A stretch of DNA of 64,000 nucleotides. It comes from Candidatus Hecatella orcuttiae (GTDB lineage: Archaea > Thermoproteota > Bathyarchaeia > Hecatellales > Hecatellaceae). This document shows positions 39,163-47,681 of this stretch, piece after piece (position 1 is the stretch's first letter; the number at the start of each line of letters is the position of its first letter). The stretch covers positions 128,001 through 192,000 of the forward strand of contig MTLY02000001.1 of the NCBI GenBank assembly GCA_002011035.2, written 5' to 3'. A model generated the notes under the pieces. It saw only the letters and a program-made list of their open reading frames with translations. It was not told where the DNA came from and ran no database searches. The translations under genes were made by a program, and so were the position numbers.

Positions 39163-39919
39163 AAGACAGCCCAGAGAAGTGTTTGTAGAAACTCTGAGGG
39201 ATTTAATTGTTCTCAGAATCAATAAAACATATCTGACCGTTAGCTGCGACTCCTGCGGAGGAGTAGGTTTTAACCCTCTAGACACTTTGAAGGTTAAAGG
39301 TGTGGTTCTGGGGAGATTTCTGGCACGAGTGGCTCTTATGGAAACGCTCTCAGTTAACGCTCAACCTTTAGCGTGTTCGCTTACATTGTCAATAAATCCG
39401 AGTCCTGCATGGAAGGGGTTTTTAGCCGGCGTCCACGGGGAGTTCAAAGCTGCTGGTTTAAAAGCCTACGATGTGAAGTTTATTCTCAGCTCTGAAAAAA
39501 ATTTCCCCGTCAGACAGACAGGAGTCGGCATCACCATCTTGGGGGCTACGAGAAGCCTTAAGATTGGAAGAGTGGAAAGGGGAGATTTACTTGTAGCCGT
39601 GGGTAAACCGCATGTGGGACGCGAAGTCTTGAAAGCTGAAACAGGCCGTGAAATCGCAGACCTCAGAGATTTAAACAAACTGTTAAAGACAAGTTTCGTT
39701 CATGAAATTATCCCCGTTGGCTCCCAAGGTATTCTTCATGAGGCCAAAGTTTTAGCCAAAAGTTCAGGGCTGAATTTTAAACCCTTCAAGTCAACAATAA
39801 ACCTCAAGAAGCCAGCCGGCCCTTCAACGGTCATCTTGGCGGCTGTGGAGGAAAATAAAATGAGAGACCTCGCCGAACACGCCAATAAGCCCCTAACTCG
39901 GATTGGCTTTTTCACGTAG
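39152..39919 (+). CDS. cblS: Alpha-ribazole kinase CblS-like (AIR-synthase-related)
   Basis: RDL, SCDSCGG.G....D, ARVALME, SSE.NF...QTG.GIT..G, HEI.PVGS.GI..EA, K.AGPST. Confidence 0.8.
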   Translation: MRARRQPREVFVETLRDLIVLRINKTYLTVSCDSCGGVGFNPLDTLKVKGVVLGRFLARVALMETLSVNAQPLACSLTLSINPSPAWKGFLAGVHGEFKAAGLKAYDVKFILSSEKNFPVRQTGVGITILGATRSLKIGRVERGDLLVAVGKPHVGREVLKAETGREIADLRDLNKLLKTSFVHEIIPVGSQGILHEAKVLAKSSGLNFKPFKSTINLKKPAGPSTVILAAVEENKMRDLAEHANKPLTRIGFFT

Positions 39920-40064
39920 AGCCAAGATTGGTTTCTGGGGTTAAACGTTTTCAGTTGCTCTCAAACCGTTTATAGTTGCATTCCAGCTCAGTGACAGATA
40001 AGTTTTAAGAGAAAGAAATTATCGAACTCAGAGAGGCAGCAGGAAATTTTAAAAAATGGGAGTT

Positions 40065-40241
40065 TTATTTCTTCCTAACTATTTTTACGGAGTCCGACCC
40101 TTCTATCGGGATGCTGTCTCTTGTTTGGCCTGTCAGTGTAGCGTCCGTGTCACCATCTGCTATTCCTGTATCCTTTGTTTTGAAGTGATATACGGCATCT
40201 AGGGTCTCCCATTTTTGGTATTTGTTGACCGTCTCTCTTAA
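40065..40241 (-). pseudogene. Start-less C-terminal fragment of a secreted-protein domain
   Basis: LDAVYHFKTKDTGIADGDTDATLTGQTRDSIPIEGSDSVKIVRKK*; upstream in-frame TAG and no start codon. Confidence 0.5.
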
Positions 40242-40349
40242 CTATCTGAATTTATTTAAAAATTATAAAATAATATTTATTGGGGTTTGATCTTCCTCGG
40301 AAAGTGCTGGCGTTGTCTTCTATATTCTTTGGATGTACAAAGAAAGGCT

Positions 40350-40427
40350 TGGTGCTCCGGCCGGGATTTGAACCCGGGTCGAAGGCTCGAGAGGCCTTCA
40401 TCCTTAACCGGACTAGACTACCGGAGC
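40350..40427 (-). tRNA. tRNA-Glu(CTC), CCA encoded
   Basis: GCTCCGG acceptor; AAGGC-CTCTCGA-GCCTT; CCGGG-TTCAAAT-CCCGG; ends ACCA. Confidence 0.95.
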
Positions 40428-40436
40428 GTCCCTGAA

Positions 40437-40721
40437 CTAGACTTCTTGGGACAGATTGAAGGGGCGGCCTTGTTTCAGGATTTTTTCAGGCACCTTCTCC
40501 TTCCATTTTCGGAGGAAGGCTAAGTCTTCCCTTTCCTCCCTCAGCTCCGGGGGGAGGCAGTGGGGTATCTCCTCGATGATGGGATACCACATGCGGCATT
40601 CAGGGTTAGGGCAGGCTAGGATGCCTTCCACAATTTCCTCCTTTTCGTCGAACACGTGGAGCTCTAGGGGATGAGCCTTACACATGGCGCAGGCTAAGAA
40701 TTCCATGAGCCGCCTTTTCAA
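40437..40721 (-). CDS. trm112: Trm112-family methyltransferase activator
   Basis: LMEFLAC..CK..PLEL, EEIVEG.L.C...C..WYPI.EEIP..LP. Confidence 0.88.
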   Translation of the reverse strand: MKRRLMEFLACAMCKAHPLELHVFDEKEEIVEGILACPNPECRMWYPIIEEIPHCLPPELREEREDLAFLRKWKEKVPEKILKQGRPFNLSQEV

Positions 40722-40835
40722 TCCTTTTCACCTACACTTTAAAGCCCATCAGTCAGATAATAGTTTTTCCAGAGGGAGGCGTAAAACCATTTTTACCAAG
40801 GCCAACCAACCTTAGAAGAGGGGAAGGGTAGAGGT

Positions 40836-41423
40836 TTGGGAAGACCGGAAACTTTAGGGGAACTCGGCCGTCACGTTTCTCAGAGGCTTTTGATAAAAGG
40901 CTTTAGAAAAGTGAAACTGAGCGCCTTGGAGAGCTTCCTCCCCCGGTTAAGGGAGACCGTGGGGGGTGCGAAGGTTCAGCTGTTTGACGCCGACAGGATT
41001 GGGGGGCGGAGGCATTTAGAGGCGGCTGTTTTGAACGCTGTGAGGGCTTTTCAAGACGGCTACAACATTTCCCGAAGCTTTCCTGTTGAGGTCATGGTGT
41101 ATGCGTCAGCCCAGAGGCAGATTGGAAAAGCCTTCCAACTGGTGGGGTTGAGGCCTGAAACCGAAAACGTGGCCGTCCTCATCTTCGAGGCGAAAAAATC
41201 GGAGGCTGAAAACCTTCTCAAAAGGCTTCATGAATTGATGGGCGGCAAAATGGATGACAGAGTGGTGAGCACTCCCAAGGGAAAACATCTCAAGGTTTTC
41301 AAAAGAATCTTCAACATATCTGATCGAGAGATCGAAGCGGTGAAGACGAGGGGAGAGAGCGAAGGGGAGGCTGCGGTGAAGATTGCCTTGGAGAAAGTGT
41401 CCCTCCTATCCGCTGGGAGGTAG
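40836..41423 (+). CDS. cgi121: KEOPS complex subunit Cgi121
   Basis: QLFDAD.I.G.RHL..A...A.RAF..G.NISR...VE...YASAQRQI..A. Confidence 0.9.
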   Translation: MGRPETLGELGRHVSQRLLIKGFRKVKLSALESFLPRLRETVGGAKVQLFDADRIGGRRHLEAAVLNAVRAFQDGYNISRSFPVEVMVYASAQRQIGKAFQLVGLRPETENVAVLIFEAKKSEAENLLKRLHELMGGKMDDRVVSTPKGKHLKVFKRIFNISDREIEAVKTRGESEGEAAVKIALEKVSLLSAGR

Positions 41424-41434
41424 AGGGCGCTGGG

Positions 41435-42007
41435 TTAGATTTTCTCCTTTGCCACCGACAGGATGTCTGAGGGCTTGAGGAGGGAAACGCCTGCCTTACT
41501 GCCCAGAACTTCGATGAGAAGAACCTTGTCTGGATGTTTCAAGTCCACTTTCCTGTTCACCTCCCTCGCAACGGCCTCGATGATTTCTGCACGGTGAAGG
41601 CTGGTGTATCTTTTTTCAACTTCAACCTTAAATTTTTCTTCTGCACCAATTTTGGAGGCCAGCTTCCGAGATGCGGCTGCGATTTCCTCCAAGTTTGCAG
41701 GAACAACTTCATGGATGGGGATCACCTTCAAAACATATCGGAACTCTTCAGGTCTTTCAGCCAAGAGAGCCTTCAACTTTTCCACTGTTTCCACAGCGTC
41801 CAGCCTCGTCCTAGCCACCACCAAACCTCGGATGGAAGTCCGGTCTACCTGAGCTTCGGGGTCTCCCACCTCTTTGAGGAGATACCAAGTTTCTGAGCAT
41901 GCTAAGCTTTCTTTCCCCCTCCAAGTGGAAATGAGAAGGTTGAAGTTTTCCAAACCTTTCACCCGCCTATCAAAGCTTCCCCAACACTTGGGAAAGCTCC
42001 TCCACAT
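41435..42007 (-). CDS. Stand-alone THUMP-domain protein (Tan1-like)
   Basis: LKVIPI, FKVEVEKR, VDLKHPDK...IEV.G; true start probably a few codons downstream. Confidence 0.85.
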   Translation of the reverse strand: MWRSFPKCWGSFDRRVKGLENFNLLISTWRGKESLACSETWYLLKEVGDPEAQVDRTSIRGLVVARTRLDAVETVEKLKALLAERPEEFRYVLKVIPIHEVVPANLEEIAAASRKLASKIGAEEKFKVEVEKRYTSLHRAEIIEAVAREVNRKVDLKHPDKVLLIEVLGSKAGVSLLKPSDILSVAKEKI

Positions 42008-42590
42008 CCACCGCTCCCCTCCTCAGAACTTTAGGCTTCTCAGCTGAAAAATCCACTACGGTGGAGCCTACCCCGAGGGGGGTTCTTCCTCCGTTCAGGA
42101 TCATGTCCACCCTCCCTCCCAACTGGGCTGCGGCTTCTTCCGCCGTTTTAGGCGGGGTCTCCCCCGTCAGGTTGGCGCTGGTTCCCACTAAAGCTCCTCC
42201 GCAGAGTTCGATCAAGCTTAAAGCTATGGGGTGGCGGGGCACCCTCAAACCTATGAGGGAGGGGTCTCCGCCCAAACAGCTGGGCGCCTCCGGCTTCCGC
42301 CTCAACACCAAGGTCAGGGCGCCGGGCCAGAACTTTTTCGCCGCCTTCAACGCGGCTGGGGGAAAGTAGCCTAATCGACGGGCTTTTTCCAAGCTGGATA
42401 CCAGCAGAGGAAAGGGTTTCCCGGTTCTGCCTTTGACTCTGAAAGCTTTTAACACCGCCTCTTGGTTGTAGGGGTCGCAGCCTAACCCGTAGAGGGTGTC
42501 GGTTGGATAGACTACAAGGCCTCCTTTTTTCACGATTTCCGCCGCGGCCTTGAGGTTCTTTTTTGAAGTTGAACGCAAAAGTATTTTCAA
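41970..42590 (-). CDS. tsaC: L-threonylcarbamoyladenylate synthase, short YrdC/TsaC form (no SUA5 domain)
   Basis: GGLVVYPTDTLYGLG, K.R..KP, WPGALT, GLRVP, TSANL.G, STVVD, LRRGA; TTG 42590 preferred. Confidence 0.92.
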   Translation of the reverse strand: MKILLRSTSKKNLKAAAEIVKKGGLVVYPTDTLYGLGCDPYNQEAVLKAFRVKGRTGKPFPLLVSSLEKARRLGYFPPAALKAAKKFWPGALTLVLRRKPEAPSCLGGDPSLIGLRVPRHPIALSLIELCGGALVGTSANLTGETPPKTAEEAAAQLGGRVDMILNGGRTPLGVGSTVVDFSAEKPKVLRRGAVDVEELSQVLGKL

Positions 42591-42686
42591 AGGTATTCCT
42601 CGACGGGGTCCTGTTAAATTTAACCTATCGCTACCTGTTAAGGTTTCAGTCTTCTCTTGATTCTTCAAGGATATTAGCTAGTTGTT

Positions 42687-42833
42687 TGGTGCCGGGGGCG
42701 AGCTTCGAACTCGCGACCTTTCTCCGGCGGCTGCCTCTGGATTATGAGTTTCGCTCCCCTGCGCTGAACGTTGGGGTCCAGCGCTTTAGTCCAGCCCATT
42801 TTAAGGGGCTCTAACCAGCTGAGCCACCCCGGC
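42687..42833 (-). tRNA. Elongator tRNA-Met(CAT) with three non-canonical introns (22/23, 30/31, 43/44), CCA encoded
   Basis: Removing 42786-42810, 42750-42777 and 42720-42736 gives a complete 77-nt cloverleaf GCCGGGGTGGCTCAGCTGGTTAGAGCGCTGGACTCATAATCCAGAGGTCGCGAGTTCGAAGCTCGCCCCCGGCACCA. Confidence 0.9.
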
Positions 42834-42940
42834 ACTTCCTTTCAAGACAGGTGGGACAGGTGTTATAGAGTGAAACTAACGGTTATAAAAGTTTGGAAGA
42901 ATAATTATTTCATCAAACTTGGGGAGAGGGAGCTGTCGAG

Positions 42941-44161
42941 ATGGAGTATTTGACTCTCAACGATGTGGACACGGAGGATAAAACGGTTTTTTTGAGGCTT
43001 GACATAAACGTGCCCATCAACCCGGAAACAGGCCAGATTTTGAACGACGCGAGGATCAGGGCGGCTGTGCCTACGCTGAAAAACCTGAAAAACGCCCGCG
43101 TGGTTGTCGGCTCACATCAAAGCAGGCCGGGAAAAGACGATTTCATCTCTCTCCAAGCCCACGCTTTAGCCTTGAGGAAATATTTCGGGTGGAGAGTTAA
43201 ATTCATCGACGATGTCATCGGACCTAAGGCTAGGGAGGAGATCAGAAAAGTGGAGAAAGGGGAGGTTCTCGTCCTAGACAACCTCAGATTATGCTCTGAG
43301 GAAAACATTGAGGCTCCACCCGAGAAGCTGGTGAAAACAATCTTCATCCGAAGGCTGGCGCCCCTGTTTGACTTGTTCGTCAACGACGCCTTCGCCGCAG
43401 CCCACCGGAGCCAAGCTTCCATCGTCGGCTTCGCCGAGCTCATGCCTGCTGTGGCAGGTAAAACCATGGAAAGAGAGCTGAAGGCCTTGGAGGCCACCTT
43501 GGAAAAGCCCAAGAGGCCTTGTGTCTACGTCTTAGGCGGAATCAAGGTGGCGGACAGAATACCTGTCTTAGAAAACGTTCTTGGAAGCGGGGAGGCTGAC
43601 AAGATTCTCCTCGGAGGCTTGCTGGCTGAGTTCTTCCTCTACGCTGCCGGCCATAGGCTCGGCCAGAAAAACGAGGAGAAGCTGAAGGGGTTTCTCCCCC
43701 TCCTAGATAGGGCGAAAAAGCTTCTCGAAGCCTACAAAGACAGACTCATCTTACCCTCCGACCTAGCTGTTCTGGAGAACGGGGAGAGAGTTGAGAAACG
43801 TGTGAAAGAGTTTCCCCTGAACTCCGTGGCCCAAGACATAGGGGTGGATACGCTGGTTTCCTACAGGGGAATCATCAAAAAGGCGGGAACCGTCATCGCC
43901 GACGGCCCTGTGGGCGTCTTTGAAAAGGAACCCTTCAGCTTGGGCACTAGAGAGATCCTAGAGGCCATGGCGGAGAGCAACGCTTTCACCGTGGTGGGAG
44001 GCGGACATGTGGGCGGAGCCGCTGAGCTCATGGGGTTGAAGGAGAAAATCGGCCACATCAGCACAGGTGGGGGGGCCATGCTGGCCTACCTGTCCGGCCA
44101 AAAGCTCCCAGCTTTGGAGGCCCTAAAAAAGGCAGCCAGAAGGTTTAAAGGAAAAACATAA
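42941..44161 (+). CDS. pgk: Phosphoglycerate kinase
   Basis: RLDINVP, SHQSRPG, NLR, VNDAFAAAHR, GG.KV.D, GP.GVFE, VGGGH, HISTGGGA. Confidence 0.97.
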   Translation: MEYLTLNDVDTEDKTVFLRLDINVPINPETGQILNDARIRAAVPTLKNLKNARVVVGSHQSRPGKDDFISLQAHALALRKYFGWRVKFIDDVIGPKAREEIRKVEKGEVLVLDNLRLCSEENIEAPPEKLVKTIFIRRLAPLFDLFVNDAFAAAHRSQASIVGFAELMPAVAGKTMERELKALEATLEKPKRPCVYVLGGIKVADRIPVLENVLGSGEADKILLGGLLAEFFLYAAGHRLGQKNEEKLKGFLPLLDRAKKLLEAYKDRLILPSDLAVLENGERVEKRVKEFPLNSVAQDIGVDTLVSYRGIIKKAGTVIADGPVGVFEKEPFSLGTREILEAMAESNAFTVVGGGHVGGAAELMGLKEKIGHISTGGGAMLAYLSGQKLPALEALKKAARRFKGKT

Positions 44162-44189
44162 AACCTTGAAAGCCCTCCACAGTGGAAGA

Positions 44190-44289
44190 GCCCCGGTAGC
44201 TAAGCCAGGTTATAGCGATGGCCTTGTATCCTCACCGTGCATTTTGAAAAGAAAGCCATCGGTCGAGGGTTCGAATCCCTCCCGGGGCT
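44190..44289 (+). tRNA. tRNA-Thr(TGT) with a canonical 37/38 intron (44229-44253)
   Basis: GCCCCGG acceptor; ATGGC-CTTGTA[25 nt]A-GCCAT; GAGGG-TTCGAAT-CCCTC. Confidence 0.92.
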
Positions 44290-44384
44290 CATTTCCCTAC
44301 AAGGGTGAGAGTGCGCTCGTCTCCCGTGGTTGAAAAGGTTTTTTAAGGTTACCTTCCAGTTTATAGCTTAGGAAGAAAAAGGGA

Positions 44385-44627
44385 ATGCCAAGAATACAGA
44401 TCAACTTGGAATTGTGCGACGGATGCGGAACCTGCGTTTACGTCTGCCCTGCATCCGTTTTAGAACCCCACGGCAGAAAAGTGAAGGTTGCAAACCCTGA
44501 AGCCTGCTTGGGAATACGGGCGAAAAATATCTGCGCTGAGTGCATGGAGAAAGAAGAGTCATGCTTAGGGTGTCTTGCCTGCGTTAAAACATGCCCTACA
44601 GCCGCCATTGAAATATTCGAAGCCTAA
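44385..44627 (+). CDS. 4Fe-4S dicluster ferredoxin with additional Cys
   Basis: CDGCGTCVYVCP and CLGCLACVKTCP, plus an inserted C......C..C. Confidence 0.9.
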   Translation: MPRIQINLELCDGCGTCVYVCPASVLEPHGRKVKVANPEACLGIRAKNICAECMEKEESCLGCLACVKTCPTAAIEIFEA

Positions 44628-44808
44628 ACAGGCATCCTCAGTTCCACCTTAATTAATCTCCTTATCCGCCAGCTTCTTGAAAAGCGGCCATATATGGCAT
44701 GATTTTTATCGGATGGGAAATCACGAGGTCTGCCGCGTGGTTAGCATATAGCTTCTGTTTCCTCTGTTCCTTAGAGGGCTTTGACCTAGAATAACGCCTA
44801 TAAGGCGG

Positions 44809-45873
44809 TTAAGAGGACAGTAGGCAGGCTGGTTTTTTGCCCAGAAGCTCGGCGGCTGTGGTGACTTTTTTCCCCTCCTTTTTCGCCGTCTCCCAGATGG
44901 GGCGGGTTCTTTCCATAAACTTCGACTCCCGGGGTAAGTGGTGGTCGTAGATGAGGAGACGGCAGGAGGGGGTTTCTCTCACGATCTTTAACGCGTTCTG
45001 GAGGGTTCGGTTGAAGTTGATGAGGTTGAGGGTGTAGCCGAGCATGTAGGTCATGGGGCCGTCTAGAAAAAGCACATGAGGGTCTTCCTCCGCTATCCAC
45101 TGGGCATAGTCTTCGATGACGGGGCCGTTGAGGTCTGAAGAGTGAATGAGCTTTTCGCCGCCATGCTCCACCACGATGGAGAAAATCCAGCCTACCCTCG
45201 AATATTCGATGCCGTGAAAGAGAGGCCCCTTAAACCTCAGCCTCGTCCCTCCGAATCTGAATTCTCTGCCCTCCGGGAAGACCACCTGGGTTTTTCCGAA
45301 TTTAAGCTCTGGGATGACCCTGTATTTTCTCCACTTGTTCACCCTTGCTTTGAACCATTTTTCTCCCGCCTTCAACAAGGCCTTCCGCCTTTCACCGTAG
45401 TCCCCGAAATCTTTCTCTCTGGAGAGAACTAGGCTGTCCCGCGGGTCGACGTATTCTTGGGGCTGCGGTTCTTCCAGGGTTTCCTCCAATCTGACTCCTC
45501 CCAGCTCTGCGCAGAAATGTTGAAAAAACTGCTCAGCCCTGCTTCTCTGGGAGTCGTTGATGTAGCAGTTGGGGTTTTTGGCGAAGAGAAGCTTGTTTCT
45601 GTAAAGGCCTCCCTCAAAGTCGATGAAATGGTCGTAGTGATAATGGGAAAGGGTCACCAGGTCTGCTTTTCTCGCGGCGGAGCGGATGGCCTTCCCAGCT
45701 GCTTCATACCAGCGGAGTTTCTGCTCTTCTGAGGCTGGGAAGCCGGGGTGCATAACCGCCACTCCGGGGTCGATGATGAGCTTTACATCCGGTGTTTTAA
45801 CCAAGACGCAGGAGGACTTGGCTCCCAGAGAATCAAACCATACAATCTCGAAGCGAATATATTTCATATCCAC
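44809..45873 (-). CDS. Archaeal metallo-beta-lactamase-fold hydrolase (UPF0282-like)
   Basis: DSLG..S...V.T.D...IIDPGVA, SHYHYDH, HG, HSSD..GP, DHHL.R. Confidence 0.88.
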   Translation of the reverse strand: MDMKYIRFEIVWFDSLGAKSSCVLVKTPDVKLIIDPGVAVMHPGFPASEEQKLRWYEAAGKAIRSAARKADLVTLSHYHYDHFIDFEGGLYRNKLLFAKNPNCYINDSQRSRAEQFFQHFCAELGGVRLEETLEEPQPQEYVDPRDSLVLSREKDFGDYGERRKALLKAGEKWFKARVNKWRKYRVIPELKFGKTQVVFPEGREFRFGGTRLRFKGPLFHGIEYSRVGWIFSIVVEHGGEKLIHSSDLNGPVIEDYAQWIAEEDPHVLFLDGPMTYMLGYTLNLINFNRTLQNALKIVRETPSCRLLIYDHHLPRESKFMERTRPIWETAKKEGKKVTTAAELLGKKPACLLSS

Positions 45874-45984
45874 ATAGAGGAGGAGGCAGCTGATAAGTTA
45901 AGGCCTTTTCGCCAATTTTAATTCAGAAACCTGAAAGCCGAATCCGCGCCCTCTACACGAAGCTGACCGGTTTCTGGACCGGGT

Positions 45985-46827
45985 TTAGGGGAAGCCTAGG
46001 GAGTAGGGCTGGTTTATAGCGATACCGCCCACACCCACCTGTAAGTCGACATCCAGCCGGGTAGGAGCTTCTTCGTAGCCGGGGGTTCTTATCTCGCTTT
46101 CCAAGGCTGTGCTCTTGACCACCTGGAAGCCTCGGCTGTTTAGGGCTATCCCCCCTGTGTCTACGAGAGCGGTAAGCCGTCCTCCAGCGGGAGGAGTGAG
46201 GGTGAAACTTTCCAGCTGGATACCGCCTACTTCAACCCTAGCGGAGACCAGGGCGTTTTCTTGAAGATTCGGCCTTTCAACTTTCAGCCTTATTCCCCCC
46301 GTGTTCGCCCTCAGCTCTAGGCGGTTGAAGGATGCACCTTCTAAAGCTTCCAAGGATGTGCCTCCAAGATAGGCGACGTGAAGCTTAAGGCTGTCCACGG
46401 TGGAATCCTCCGTTAGCCTGACGGAAACACCGCCCACACCTACCTCCACAGCGAGGCTGTAGACTTGTCCGCTGCCGAGGATCACCTCGAACTCACCCTC
46501 CTCGGCGAAAACCTTCACTGCCAGCACGCCATCCATCTGGGTATAGGAGATGCTAGGTTCAGGAATGTTGTTGCCTTTAACTATGATTTTGTAGAGGAGA
46601 CCCGCGTCTTCGACGAAGGACATGTTAACTCCACCCCTCTTCACCGTCATGTCAAACTGAACATGAACCACCTCCCCAACCAGCCGAGGCTTGGTGAGGG
46701 CGTATTCCCTGAAAGCTTCAGGTTTCCTCTCAACTCCCATGGCAGTGTAGACTGAAGCTGCAGTATAAGCTAGGGAAAGGAGGAGAAGCCCTATGATCAC
46801 GGACCCTAGGATGGGGGAGCCTTTCAC
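45985..46827 (-). CDS. Membrane-anchored beta-repeat protein (putative adhesin/DUF4097-like)
   Basis: N-terminal TM and repeated V.VGG/TGG strand motifs; GTG 46827 overlaps the upstream stop (GTGA), so the ORF-track extension to 47280 is not real. Confidence 0.65.
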   Translation of the reverse strand: MKGSPILGSVIIGLLLLSLAYTAASVYTAMGVERKPEAFREYALTKPRLVGEVVHVQFDMTVKRGGVNMSFVEDAGLLYKIIVKGNNIPEPSISYTQMDGVLAVKVFAEEGEFEVILGSGQVYSLAVEVGVGGVSVRLTEDSTVDSLKLHVAYLGGTSLEALEGASFNRLELRANTGGIRLKVERPNLQENALVSARVEVGGIQLESFTLTPPAGGRLTALVDTGGIALNSRGFQVVKSTALESEIRTPGYEEAPTRLDVDLQVGVGGIAINQPYSLGFP

Positions 46828-47513
46828 CCCCAGAAACCTCCCCACATCAGAGGAGCCGCCCAAGTTAACCCAGTGAAGAGGACGAGGTAAACCAAGAGAG
46901 GCGCCACGAAGGCGGAGACAAAGGCTCTTCCAAAGCTGATGCGGTGGCTTCTCTCTACGGCTATCACCAAAAGAAGCACCGTCCAGAAGACGGCTGTCAG
47001 CCCTAAGAATGCAGCGTAGGGCAAGAGGAAAAGATTCAACCACCCCAGCGCCAAGCCTACTGCGACGAGGAAAAACGGTGTAGCCGCGTAGCCTTGGAGA
47101 GTGAAAACCTGAGCAAAGGAGCCTTCCCCGCCGAAGACCACCCGGGCGCAGAAATGGGAAATGGCCGAGGATATCAGCCAGAATAGGAGAACACAGACGA
47201 AGCTGAGCACACCCAAGGCGATGGGGAAAATGAAGAAAAGCTGAACTGCCGCCTGCGGGAAGACGGCGCCTCCCAACCATGGACCCGTGGAGGCGAAAAA
47301 GGCCGCTGCCAGTTTGGCTATGCCCATGCCCGCCATTCCCCCTAGGATGCCGAAGATGAGGGCAACCGCTGCCAGCGCCCCCAAGAAGCTTGCACCTTCG
47401 TCAAGCATTCGGTCGAAGGTGTGAATGGGTTCGATGAGGGTTCCGCCTAACTTTGACAGAAAACCCATCCGCAGATCAGCCGAAAGTGGCTGTTGAGGGT
47501 TTCCCGAAGACAT
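46824..47513 (-). CDS. Yip1-family membrane protein
   Basis: L..P..TF, W.I...I.H..AR..FGGEGSF.Q.....GYA..P, W...L...A....H..S..RA; start placed at ATG 47513. Confidence 0.8.
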   Translation of the reverse strand: MSSGNPQQPLSADLRMGFLSKLGGTLIEPIHTFDRMLDEGASFLGALAAVALIFGILGGMAGMGIAKLAAAFFASTGPWLGGAVFPQAAVQLFFIFPIALGVLSFVCVLLFWLISSAISHFCARVVFGGEGSFAQVFTLQGYAATPFFLVAVGLALGWLNLFLLPYAAFLGLTAVFWTVLLLVIAVERSHRISFGRAFVSAFVAPLLVYLVLFTGLTWAAPLMWGGFWG

Positions 47514-47681
47514 TTCAACCATACTTGTTAAGGGGCTGTAAAGTATAAAAAATTCTTCCCCCTCCATTCCCGCTAAACAGAACGGGAGTCTTGGGGAGAA
47601 GCTAAGCCTCCAACCTACTCCTAAGCCGGTTCGAAGGGGGAGAGACGCTGGTTTTAAAAATTCTCCGCCCAAACAAATCAT

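Noticed and set aside
42750-42810. Alternative tRNA-Met parse using the GCTGGACT copy inside intron 1 as exon (12-nt intron at 25/26)
   Set aside because: That junction forms no central helix, while the 30/31 parse gives a complete BHB
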